In this document: in pieces, positions 30,477 to 38,951 of the stretch
Numbering within the stretch: the stretch's first letter is position 1
Layout of the letters: every line of letters starts with the position of its first letter
NCBI GenBank assembly: GCA_965203095.1
Contig: OZ241877.1
Span: 1,312,001-1,376,000, forward strand
DNA: 64,000 nt
Origin: Bdellovibrionales bacterium
Lineage (GTDB): Bacteria; Bdellovibrionota; Bdellovibrionia; Bdellovibrionales; UBA1609
Reading direction: 5' to 3'
Notes under the pieces: model-generated
Database searches by the model: none
Seen by the model: the letters and a program-made list of their open reading frames with translations, nothing else
Told to the model about the DNA's origin: nothing
Position numbers and translations under genes: made by a program

Positions 30477-30734
30477 ATGAAAACAAGCTTAAAAATTATT
30501 CTTATTTCAGTTTTTCTTTTCTTAAGTGCTCAAGGCTTTGCTTTGACCGCTGAATATGTGCCTGCATTTAAACCCATTAAGAAAAACCATAGTTTTTCAG
30601 ATATGCAACAAGGCATTAAAAGGGACTTTTTTCAAATTCAATCCTTAATGAGCCGTCAAAAAAATAAAATGATTGGTTTAATGAAAGATAGGAAAAACAA
30701 AAACACGAGAAATCAAACTCCTACTGAAATTTAA
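30477..30734 (+). CDS. Small secreted hypothetical protein
   Basis: Signal peptide (..AQGFA), followed by a terminator. Confidence 0.6.
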   Translation: MKTSLKIILISVFLFLSAQGFALTAEYVPAFKPIKKNHSFSDMQQGIKRDFFQIQSLMSRQKNKMIGLMKDRKNKNTRNQTPTEI

Positions 30735-30761
30735 AAAATTTCTCTCGACTCATTTTCGCCC

Positions 30762-30786
30762 AAAAAGCCCTGATAGGGCTTTTTTT
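30762..30786. terminator. Rho-independent terminator
   Basis: AAAAAGCCCT-GAT-AGGGCTTTTTTT. Confidence 0.8.
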
Positions 30787-30876
30787 ATTAGCCCCTTGTG
30801 AGTTTGTATAAGCCCTTAAGAAAAAAGAACCATGAACTGTGGCCACCGACAAAATCAAATAAAGGGAATAAATAGA

Positions 30877-31125
30877 CTATTGCTTTTTGATTAGTGCTAA
30901 GAGAGTATCCAGCTTGGCTTCTATGTTATCCATTCTTACCTCAAGTTTACCCATTCTTACCTCGAGTTTATCCAGTCTTATCTCAATCTTAGCTATATCC
31001 TGTTTCACTGGTTCTATTTTGGAATTTAGAAGAAAATAAATAACTCCAAACTGAATCCCTATAACAGAACAAACAGCTATAACCGTTCCCACAACAACAC
31101 TTAAAACCGCCCATATTGTTTTCAT
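30877..31125 (-). CDS. 82-aa TM plus coiled-coil protein
   Basis: Start at ATG 31125 behind a consensus promoter; KLEVRMG/KLEVRMD heptads. Confidence 0.75.
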   Translation of the reverse strand: MKTIWAVLSVVVGTVIAVCSVIGIQFGVIYFLLNSKIEPVKQDIAKIEIRLDKLEVRMGKLEVRMDNIEAKLDTLLALIKKQ

Positions 31126-31132
31126 ATTGTCC

Positions 31133-31161
31133 ATTATATGGACATTGGCCGGGAATGTCAA
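31133..31161 (-). promoter_or_regulatory. Perfect sigma70 consensus promoter
   Basis: TTGACA-N17-TATAAT, 7 nt before the ATG. Confidence 0.8.
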
Positions 31162-31265
31162 GGTTTTTTTGAAAGTGCTATAAAACCTGCCAGATATAGG
31201 CTTAAAAGCCCCTCCCTTTCCGGCCATATCCAAGGGACAATCTATTTTGAGCCTTTTACCAAAGA

Positions 31266-32669
31266 TTATTGGCAGATAGCAATGGTTTTAATATTAGTAA
31301 ATTCTCTAATACCCTCAACGGATAGCTCTCTTCCGTGGCCACTGTGGTTAATCCCTCCAAAAGGCAAAGAGGGGTTGGACTTCAACATGCCATTGACAAA
31401 ACAAGTGCCGACATTCAAACGATCTTTGGCCCATCTTTCCCCCAACTCTTTATTTTCTGTCCATATCACAGCACCTAAGCCAAAAGAGCTTTTATTGGCC
31501 ATTGCCAAAGCTTTTTGGCTGTTTTCTACTTGAAAAACCGGTAGTAAAGGCCCAAATAGCTCTTTGCGGGCACATTCCATAAGTGAAGAGCAGTTGTCCA
31601 TTAAAGTGATAGGGAAGTAATAGCCTTTTTCTTGATCTTCCTTTCCCGCCGGCTTTTCAAAAAGAATTTTTGCTCCTTCAGACAGGTCTTTATCTCTAAG
31701 GGCTTGAAGTTTTTGGACAAATTCTTTTTTTGCCAATGGGCCTACATCGGGGTTGTAAAGGGGATTAGATATGCTTTTGTAATTTAAATTATGGATGAGC
31801 TTTTGGATCAGTTCTTCATGAACAGAGCTTTCCACAATGACTCTTTTAGCAGAAATACAGCTTTGGCCAGAATTATTTAAACGGCTGTCTATAATTTGCT
31901 CAGCAGTTTTGGAGAGATTGGCGTCTTCTAAAACAATATGGGGGTCACTGCCCCCAAGTTCCATAACGGTTTTTTTCAAATAGTGGCCACAAATAGAAGA
32001 GATGTGCCGACCCGTCTCTACACTCCCAGTAAAAGAGATCATTTTAATAAAAGGATCAGCTATCAAAGCAGGTGTTTGAGAGCGAAGGCTTAGAAAAGTA
32101 GTAAAAATGCCTTTAGGCCATCCACTTTCGTGAAAAATCCGCTCTATGGCCAAAGCACATCCGGTCACATTTTCTGAATGTTTTAAAAATACAGCATTTC
32201 CAGCAAAAAGGGAGGGAACGGCAAAGCGAAACACTTGCCAAAAAGGAAAATTCCAGGGCATGATGCCCAAAGTCCCGCCTAAAGGGGCATAATGAACATA
32301 GCTTTTTTTGTAGTGAAGGAACTCCTCTCTGGAGGATAAAAAGTGCCTTCCATGTTCTTTATAGTATCTACAGAGGAGAGCACATTTTTCAATCTCTCGG
32401 ACGGATTGGTTTAAAGGTTTGCCCATTTCCCTGGTAATGATTTCAGAAAGGGCCTCTTTTTGTTGGAGGAGATGGGCGGATAGCTTTTCCAGCAAATCCT
32501 CTCTTTTTGAAAAACCTTTTTGTCGCCAATCAGGCCAGATGGCCTCACTGCCTCGGATTTTTAAATCCAGCTCTTTGAGGCTCAGGGCGGGCCATTCATT
32601 TATTTTCTCCCCTGTTGCTGGATTAATAGATTCCAGCTTGACATCAGTCTTTTTGTTGTGGTTTAACAT
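31266..32669 (-). CDS. NAD(P)-dependent succinate-semialdehyde dehydrogenase family
   Basis: IMPWNFPFWQ, FTGS, MELGGSD, GQSC, ELFGP. Confidence 0.9.
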   Translation of the reverse strand: MLNHNKKTDVKLESINPATGEKINEWPALSLKELDLKIRGSEAIWPDWRQKGFSKREDLLEKLSAHLLQQKEALSEIITREMGKPLNQSVREIEKCALLCRYYKEHGRHFLSSREEFLHYKKSYVHYAPLGGTLGIMPWNFPFWQVFRFAVPSLFAGNAVFLKHSENVTGCALAIERIFHESGWPKGIFTTFLSLRSQTPALIADPFIKMISFTGSVETGRHISSICGHYLKKTVMELGGSDPHIVLEDANLSKTAEQIIDSRLNNSGQSCISAKRVIVESSVHEELIQKLIHNLNYKSISNPLYNPDVGPLAKKEFVQKLQALRDKDLSEGAKILFEKPAGKEDQEKGYYFPITLMDNCSSLMECARKELFGPLLPVFQVENSQKALAMANKSSFGLGAVIWTENKELGERWAKDRLNVGTCFVNGMLKSNPSLPFGGINHSGHGRELSVEGIREFTNIKTIAICQ

Positions 32670-32798
32670 TATGAAAATTATAACTTCCTTAAAACGAATA
32701 AGACAGGAATTTTTTAAAATGTTGCCTTTTTTCCACTATTTTTTAGAGCTTTTTTCGCTTATCTGACAAAATCAAGCCTATTTGAAAATCTATAAACT

Positions 32799-34730
32799 AT
32801 GCGTTCAAAATCTTTAAATTTATTAAAAGGAACTGTCAAAAGGCATCCTGACGGTTTTGGCTTTCTCATTCCTGATGACAATAGCTTTCCTGATGTTTAC
32901 ATTCCTTCCAGCCAGATGGGAACCGCTTTAACAAATGATCGGGTTCAAGTGGCTGTTCAAAAGAAGAAAAAAAAAGGAAGAAAATCTTGTGTCGGTTCCG
33001 TGCACTCTATTTTACATAGGAACAAAGAGTTTGCCATAGGGACTTGGACAAACAAAGACTCTCAGGGGCGGATCCAAAATCATAACTTAGGATTTAAAGA
33101 GGATATTTTCGTAAACAACAGCAAAGCCATTCCTGTTCGTGAAGGGGACTTTGTGAAAGCCAAAATTTTTTATCCGGATAAAGATTCTTTTTTAAAAGGG
33201 GAGCTTGTGGATAGTTTTGGCCTTGTCAGCTCATCGGCTAAAGATGATGTGAAAAGAACAATGGCAGAGTATGAAATCCCTTTTGACTTTCCTAAAGAGG
33301 CACTGCAAGAGGCAGAGGCTTTGCCAGACGAAGTCACAAAGGAGGATAGCCTCCATCGAGAAGATTTACGGGATAGGGCTTTTGTGACTATTGATGGGGC
33401 TACAGCTCAGGATTTTGATGATGCTATTTTTGTTCAAAAACATTCTCGTTTTTATCGCCTCTATGTGGCTATCGCTGATGTGAGCCATTATGTAAAGGAA
33501 GATTCTTTTTTGGACAAAGAGGCTTTTGAGAGGGGGAACAGCTCTTATTTCCCCAATTTTTGCTCCCCTATGTTGCCGGAAAAATTAAGCAATGATCTGT
33601 GTTCTCTTAAGCCTCATAAAGATCGGTTGGCTATGGTTCAAGAAATGGATTTTGATTTTAAGGGCCAGCGGATCAGGGAGAGGCTTTATCCCTCTGTTAT
33701 CCAGAGTCGCCAACGGCTTACTTATGGGCAGGTTCAAGATATTTTAGATGGCTTATCCCCGCGAGAAGGGGAATATGGGGAGTCTTTAAAAGTGAGTCAG
33801 GAGTTAGCAAACATTTTGATAGAAAGGCATATTCGGGAACAGGCTTTACATTTAGATATTCCTGAAACTTTAATTCTTGTGGATGGGCAGGGGGAAACTC
33901 AGGACATTGGGCGAGAGCAAAGGCTTTTCTCCCACATAATGATTGAGCAATTTATGCTTTCAGCCAATAAGGCCGTGGCTGGTTTTTTAAAAAAACATAA
34001 AATTCATTTATTGTATCGGATCCATGAGAAACCAGAGGAGGAAAAACTAAAAAGCCTGCAAAATTTTTCTAAAATTTTTGGTTATTCCGATTCTTTTAAG
34101 TCTCGCAAAAATTTGTTGCACTTTTTGGATAAGTATAGAGAGCACAGCCGGTTTGCCTTAATTCATAAACTGACTTTAAGGGCACTCCCACAGGCTCGAT
34201 ACAGTGTTTTTAATAAGGGACATTATGGCTTAAACTTTCCGTCTTATACTCATTTTACATCTCCTATCCGCCGTTATTGTGATCTGGTAATTCACCGGCA
34301 GGTCAAACAGGCCTTATCCAAAAACTTTAAATCCGGCCCTGTTTCTCAAAAAGCAATGGAAAAAATAGCTCAGTTTATCAGTCAAAAAGAGCAAAACTCT
34401 GTTAAAGCGGAAAGGCGGGTTCGGGACATTAAAACAGCTCGGTTTTTAAAAAAACATGTGGGGGAAAGTTTTTCTGGTTATGTGTCCTCTATTAGTTCTT
34501 TTGGTTTATTCGTGACATTAAAGCCTTTTTTTGTAGAGGCTCTTGTTCGGTTTCAAGATATTCGGGGTTTTTGGGAGACAGATGAGTTTTATCTCAGTGC
34601 GAGAAATAAAAAAACATCTTATCGTATTCAATTTGGCGATGAAGTTAAAGTTCTCATCACTGCCAGTAATGTTTTAACGGGAAAGGTGGATGGCAAGCTC
34701 TTGACCCACAAAAAACGGGCCTTGGACTAA
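32799..34730 (+). CDS. rnr: Ribonuclease R (RNB family)
   Basis: HPDGFGF, TIDG..AQDFDDA, HFTSPIRRY, S1 domain. Confidence 0.92.
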   Translation: MRSKSLNLLKGTVKRHPDGFGFLIPDDNSFPDVYIPSSQMGTALTNDRVQVAVQKKKKKGRKSCVGSVHSILHRNKEFAIGTWTNKDSQGRIQNHNLGFKEDIFVNNSKAIPVREGDFVKAKIFYPDKDSFLKGELVDSFGLVSSSAKDDVKRTMAEYEIPFDFPKEALQEAEALPDEVTKEDSLHREDLRDRAFVTIDGATAQDFDDAIFVQKHSRFYRLYVAIADVSHYVKEDSFLDKEAFERGNSSYFPNFCSPMLPEKLSNDLCSLKPHKDRLAMVQEMDFDFKGQRIRERLYPSVIQSRQRLTYGQVQDILDGLSPREGEYGESLKVSQELANILIERHIREQALHLDIPETLILVDGQGETQDIGREQRLFSHIMIEQFMLSANKAVAGFLKKHKIHLLYRIHEKPEEEKLKSLQNFSKIFGYSDSFKSRKNLLHFLDKYREHSRFALIHKLTLRALPQARYSVFNKGHYGLNFPSYTHFTSPIRRYCDLVIHRQVKQALSKNFKSGPVSQKAMEKIAQFISQKEQNSVKAERRVRDIKTARFLKKHVGESFSGYVSSISSFGLFVTLKPFFVEALVRFQDIRGFWETDEFYLSARNKKTSYRIQFGDEVKVLITASNVLTGKVDGKLLTHKKRALD

Positions 34731-34732
34731 AC

Positions 34733-35002
34733 CTTCGTGAAAACAGTCATTCCTGTATGTGTTCGCTATTTCGCTGACAAAATTTAGTTTATTTGAGAAC
34801 CTTTAGTAGGTCAAAAACTAAAAAAAGGAGGTGAAAAATGAGGGATAATACACAGGACAAGACGATACATAGGAATTAAAAAAAGCCCATGAGAAAACAG
34901 ACAACCTTTCAAAAGAATTAAACGAATTGAAATTCAGCTTAAAAGACAAAGCCAAAGAGCTTTTTAAAAGCTTTTAGGGAAAGAACTCTTGTTTTCACGA
35001 AG
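34733..35002. repeat. IR-bounded small element with shared 42-bp module
   Basis: 13-bp perfect IR CTTCGTGAAAACA/TGTTTTCACGAAG; 34745-34786 identical to 57387-57428. Confidence 0.65.
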
Positions 35003-35129
35003 TCCAGCTGTTCTGGATTCCTGCTGTCACAGGAACAACGGTTCCCTGTTTTTGTTCAAAGTCTAAGGGGCTTTTTAAACAAGCCCATCTCTAAAGTGAC
35101 AAAACACAGACAAACAAACTGAACAAAAA

Positions 35130-35400
35130 TCAAGAACCGTTTTTAAGCTTTTTGATCTCTCGAACAGGTAGGCCCGTCACCTTGGCAATGACAGCCAAAT
35201 CTACCTTTTCTCTCAACATATTCCGGATAACTTCCTCCCGTCCCTCTTGCCGACCTTCCTGTCGTCCTTCCCAGCGACCTTCCAACCGAATTTCCTCTTT
35301 TATATCCATATAGCCTCCTTTCTTTAATAGAGCCTTCTCAATAGCTTCTTTCTCCAACTTATCCCACAACTCAAAACTCAGCCAAAAAAATAGTATAAAG
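35130..35400 (-). pseudogene. Remnant of an Rpn/YhgA-like (PD-(D/E)XK transposase-like) gene, C-terminus only
   Basis: EGRWEGRQEGRQEGREE..NML....IAKVTGL..EIKKL tail without the nuclease domain; 5' limit approximate. Confidence 0.7.
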
Positions 35401-35637
35401 TGCTTTTTGTGGAAAAGCAAGCTATGGCTTAAAGAAATTGAAGAATAATGCAATGCTTTTTAACAAGGCTTTTCACAGGCGATTTAGTAGTAGAGAGAGT
35501 CGTTGTCCCCGTGAAAAATCTCTTTTTTGCCTAAAAAAAAGTTGGCTGATATCGAGCAGTTTCAAAAAAAAGCTTGACTTTCCCTGCTAATGTCCTATAG
35601 TGGATGAGGATAAACCACTAAACCATAAGGAGTTAAT

Positions 35638-35811
35638 ATGGCTTTATTTTCTTTTTTAGAGTCTTTTGTTTCCAGTGGCAATGTTATGCTTTTAGTTGGA
35701 GTTGTTTTTTTAGTTTCAATGTATAAAGACATTGCTTACATTAAGAAGGATATAGCTAAGCTTGAGTCTGGACAAAAAGAGCTTAAAGATATTTTGCTCA
35801 AAAAAGCTTGA
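35638..35811 (+). CDS. 57-aa TM plus coiled-coil microprotein (absent from the ORF track)
   Basis: TTGACT-N16-TATAGT promoter, AAGGAG RBS; MALFSFLESFVSSGNVMLLVGVVFLVSMYKDIAYIKKDIAKLESGQKELKDILLKKA. Confidence 0.7.
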   Translation: MALFSFLESFVSSGNVMLLVGVVFLVSMYKDIAYIKKDIAKLESGQKELKDILLKKA

Positions 35812-36376
35812 CATTGTTTTTTGGTTGTTTTAAAATAGCTTCATAAAGAAAACTGAAGACGGTAGTTTAGATCTTCCCTGAAGGTCTTTTTTTATGCTTT
35901 CCCGGTGGCCACATTTACGGTTCTTTTTTTCTCTTTAGTTTCCCGCCCCATCAGCCGATAAGATAGATGTCTTAAACTGTGTATTCATTGCTCATACCCG
36001 TCTTGTTCCGGGCTGTTTGCTTAAACTGGCCTAAGTATTAAGTCGGGGATAATCTTACAAAATAGGGCTATTCTATGGTTGTTTTAAAATAACAATGCCA
36101 GAATGCTCAGACGAAAACGATCCCTCACTTCAAAACTTATCCGGAGTGACGGTTGTTATTGATTGCTGACTGTGTGGCCACGCTTTTGGACAAGATTTAT
36201 GGGGAGAACCCTCAGTTTCACGAGAGCTGGTTATTTTGGATTCCCGCTTTCGTGGGAACTAAAAAGTCCTCCAGATTTTTTCCACTGGACTTTTTCACTA
36301 AGGACTGTTATAGTTTGGAGAGCAAAAGTTCAAGAGACTGATGTTCTCAATTTTTGCGAAACTAAAGTTGGTAATA

Positions 36377-36452
36377 GGGGGCGTAGCTCAGCTGGGAGAG
36401 CACCTGATTTGCATTCAGAAGGTCGCAGGTTCGATCCCTGTCGCCTCCACCA
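36377..36452 (+). tRNA. tRNA-Ala(TGC)
   Basis: Cloverleaf, G3:U70 pair, TGC anticodon, TTCGATC T-loop, encoded CCA. Confidence 0.97.
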
Positions 36453-36459
36453 TTATATT

Positions 36460-37080
36460 TTACAACTGCTTTAAAAAAATCAGTAAAGGTTCTAATTTTT
36501 CTGAATCCAAATCCCAATAATCTTTTTCAGCCGCTACTCCTAATGAGGGAGTATCCTCTTCCATAGCTGAGAGAAAAGCCCTACACCGTGCTTTATAGGT
36601 ATTTTTTGGAAAATTATAATTGCTATTATTTGAATTTTGTTTTATGCAATCTATAAAAGAATCAATACATTTAATCATATCCTTTGACTTCACAGTGGAT
36701 AAACATAAAGATTCCAAATTCCCTTTACTTTTCCCATCAGGGACAATAAATACTCCCACTTTAGGAGAACTCAAAACAAATCCTCCCATTTTATCAGGAC
36801 TTTTCATATCATTATTTTTCAATACTGATTGTATACTTTGAAATGCTTGTTCCGCAGACTCATCCGCATCCTGAATTACAGCTAATGATCTTACTTTGTC
36901 AAAACCCGGAGTTATCTTTATAACTGGAAACTGGTTTTTAAATCGCTGTTTTCCACCACTGGATATAATTTGAATGCCATCAATTTGTTTTCTTTTTAAC
37001 AAGATTTTAAAAAAAACCTCTTCATCTTTACCTTCTACAAGCAACAGTTTTTGACTTTTAATTTCTTTAGAATCTTTCAT
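36460..37080 (-). CDS. DUF3226-like TOPRIM-fold protein
   Basis: LLLVEGKDE and IQDAD motifs, GNLESL. Confidence 0.75.
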   Translation of the reverse strand: MKDSKEIKSQKLLLVEGKDEEVFFKILLKRKQIDGIQIISSGGKQRFKNQFPVIKITPGFDKVRSLAVIQDADESAEQAFQSIQSVLKNNDMKSPDKMGGFVLSSPKVGVFIVPDGKSKGNLESLCLSTVKSKDMIKCIDSFIDCIKQNSNNSNYNFPKNTYKARCRAFLSAMEEDTPSLGVAAEKDYWDLDSEKLEPLLIFLKQL

Positions 37081-37095
37081 TTAAACAAATTGTAT

Positions 37096-38145
37096 TTAAC
37101 GGATTTCCAATTCAGCAGATAAAGCCATTTTTAAATCCTCAAAATTATAATTTTTGGTTTTAAATTCGTCTTTTTCTCTCTCTATCCGCATATATCTAAA
37201 ATCATCTCTAAAGTTTTCGGGTATGCCTTTAACAGCACTGGAGGTAAGCTCTAAGCTGTGAGTAGTAGCTATAATTTGTGTCTCATTGGCTTGGGCATAA
37301 CTGGTAATGGCTTTCCATATACGGGGCAAAACAGAATGATGAAATCCATTTTCCAACTCATCTATCAAAACAATATTTACTTCAGAGATTGCTAAAAGAA
37401 TACTTGCAAGACGTGCCATACCTTGCCCCATTAAAGCTAAAGGGATTTTTGCTCCCATACCAGTATCTCCATAAATAATGGGTTTCCCCCCCATAGGGAT
37501 CAAACTCAAAGATCGAAGTTCAGGCTCTAAAACCCGGAGTCCATTTAAAATCTCTTCGGTTTTATTTACTCTATCCAATTCCCCATATTTTCTGGCATTC
37601 TCATCGGGAAGGCCAGGGTGAGTTCCAGCTAAAAAACAGGCTCTCACCCTTTCATTATATTTTAATAAAAACTGTGTGTTGGTTAGGGCCATCCCATTGG
37701 TTTCAAGTTTTAAAAAAGCTTTTTGCTTGCCTGTTCCATAAGAGATCTCCACTTTACCAAGTTCACTATCTAATTTTTCCTTAAGTTCAATATTTTTACC
37801 GCTGACCTCAAAAGGTTGGTCAATTAAGGGGAGAAATTTATAACTCAATTTCTTTTTAGAAGAACGGATAAAATATTCAAAAACTATCGGTTCCTCTAAA
37901 TTAAAATTATGAAATGCGGGGGCAAATAAAGATTCCGCATTATTATTAAAACTCCTCAAACCTCTCCAACTAAGATGTTTCATAAACATAGTCGGATCCC
38001 CACAGTCTAAAGACATAAATAAAGATTCCAGAACACTTGTTTTCCCGCAGTTGTTTTTTCCGCCAATAAGAACAATGCCCGGCAGATCCTCAAGTGAAAA
38101 AGATTTAAAAAGCTTATAATTTTGAATTTTTATACTTTTTATCAT
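37096..38145 (-). CDS. ABC-type (AAA_15/AAA_21) ATPase
   Basis: GKNNCGKTS, MGQG signature, LIDELENGFH, IATTHS. Confidence 0.9.
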   Translation of the reverse strand: MIKSIKIQNYKLFKSFSLEDLPGIVLIGGKNNCGKTSVLESLFMSLDCGDPTMFMKHLSWRGLRSFNNNAESLFAPAFHNFNLEEPIVFEYFIRSSKKKLSYKFLPLIDQPFEVSGKNIELKEKLDSELGKVEISYGTGKQKAFLKLETNGMALTNTQFLLKYNERVRACFLAGTHPGLPDENARKYGELDRVNKTEEILNGLRVLEPELRSLSLIPMGGKPIIYGDTGMGAKIPLALMGQGMARLASILLAISEVNIVLIDELENGFHHSVLPRIWKAITSYAQANETQIIATTHSLELTSSAVKGIPENFRDDFRYMRIEREKDEFKTKNYNFEDLKMALSAELEIR

Positions 38146-38291
38146 CAGAAACTCCTTTTTTTAGGAAACCAGCATAAATATCGGCACAATAACTTGAAAA
38201 TCAAGCGATATATTCATAAAATACATATTTTTTATGTTGTTTTATGAATATAGCTGTGTTAAAATACATAGAATACATAATTTAACCTGTT

Positions 38292-38897
38292 TTGGAGGCC
38301 ATTTTGAAAGCCAATCATCCTTTATTAAAAATAGCTCAAGCTCAGTCGGGCCTTTTTACCAGCCACCAAGCCATAGGAGCTGGCATCGATTCAAGAAACC
38401 ACTCTTATCACTTAAAGGTAGGAAATTGGTCAAAGGTAGGCAAAGGCATATATCATCTTAATTTTATCCCAGCTGATTCAAAAAGAGATTTTTTTCTCTT
38501 CCAGCTTTGGGCCAGAAACCGCAAAGGGGAACAAGTAGGAGTTTTCTCTTATGAAACTGCACTTTATTTAATGGATTTAAGAATGGATTATCCAAAAAAA
38601 ATTCATATTACTGTTCCGCATTATTTTCGTCGTAATGTTCCAAGGGATCAGATCATTTTACATTATGAAGATTTAAATATTTCAGAAAAAACAAATATCA
38701 ATAATTTATATATAACTTCTGCAAAAAAAACATTTCAAGATTTAATTTCATATAGCACTTATCGCCCGGAGTGGATAAAACAAAAATTGAAGATGGCTAT
38801 TGACAAACAAATAATCTCCTTAGAAGAAGTAAAAAAGATTTCTGTCCATAAAGAGGTTAAACCAATATTCAATGCCATTTTATTTGAAATCATTTGA
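38292..38897 (+). CDS. AbiEi-family (type IV TA) antitoxin / transcriptional regulator
   Basis: IAQAQSGLFT..QA, KGIY, FSYETAL, IHITVP. Confidence 0.75.
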   Translation: MEAILKANHPLLKIAQAQSGLFTSHQAIGAGIDSRNHSYHLKVGNWSKVGKGIYHLNFIPADSKRDFFLFQLWARNRKGEQVGVFSYETALYLMDLRMDYPKKIHITVPHYFRRNVPRDQIILHYEDLNISEKTNINNLYITSAKKTFQDLISYSTYRPEWIKQKLKMAIDKQIISLEEVKKISVHKEVKPIFNAILFEII

Positions 38898-38951
38898 TTA
38901 ATCGCCCATGAAAAAGCAAGATTTTTCTATTCAGCTTGGCTATCGCGAACA
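38868..38951 (+). repeat. 84-bp target-site duplication, left copy
   Basis: Identical to 40885-40968 and abuts the IS terminal IR. Confidence 0.92.

Noticed and set aside
36163..36474. 103-aa ORF
   Set aside because: Overlaps tRNA-Ala and a palindromic repeat; spurious
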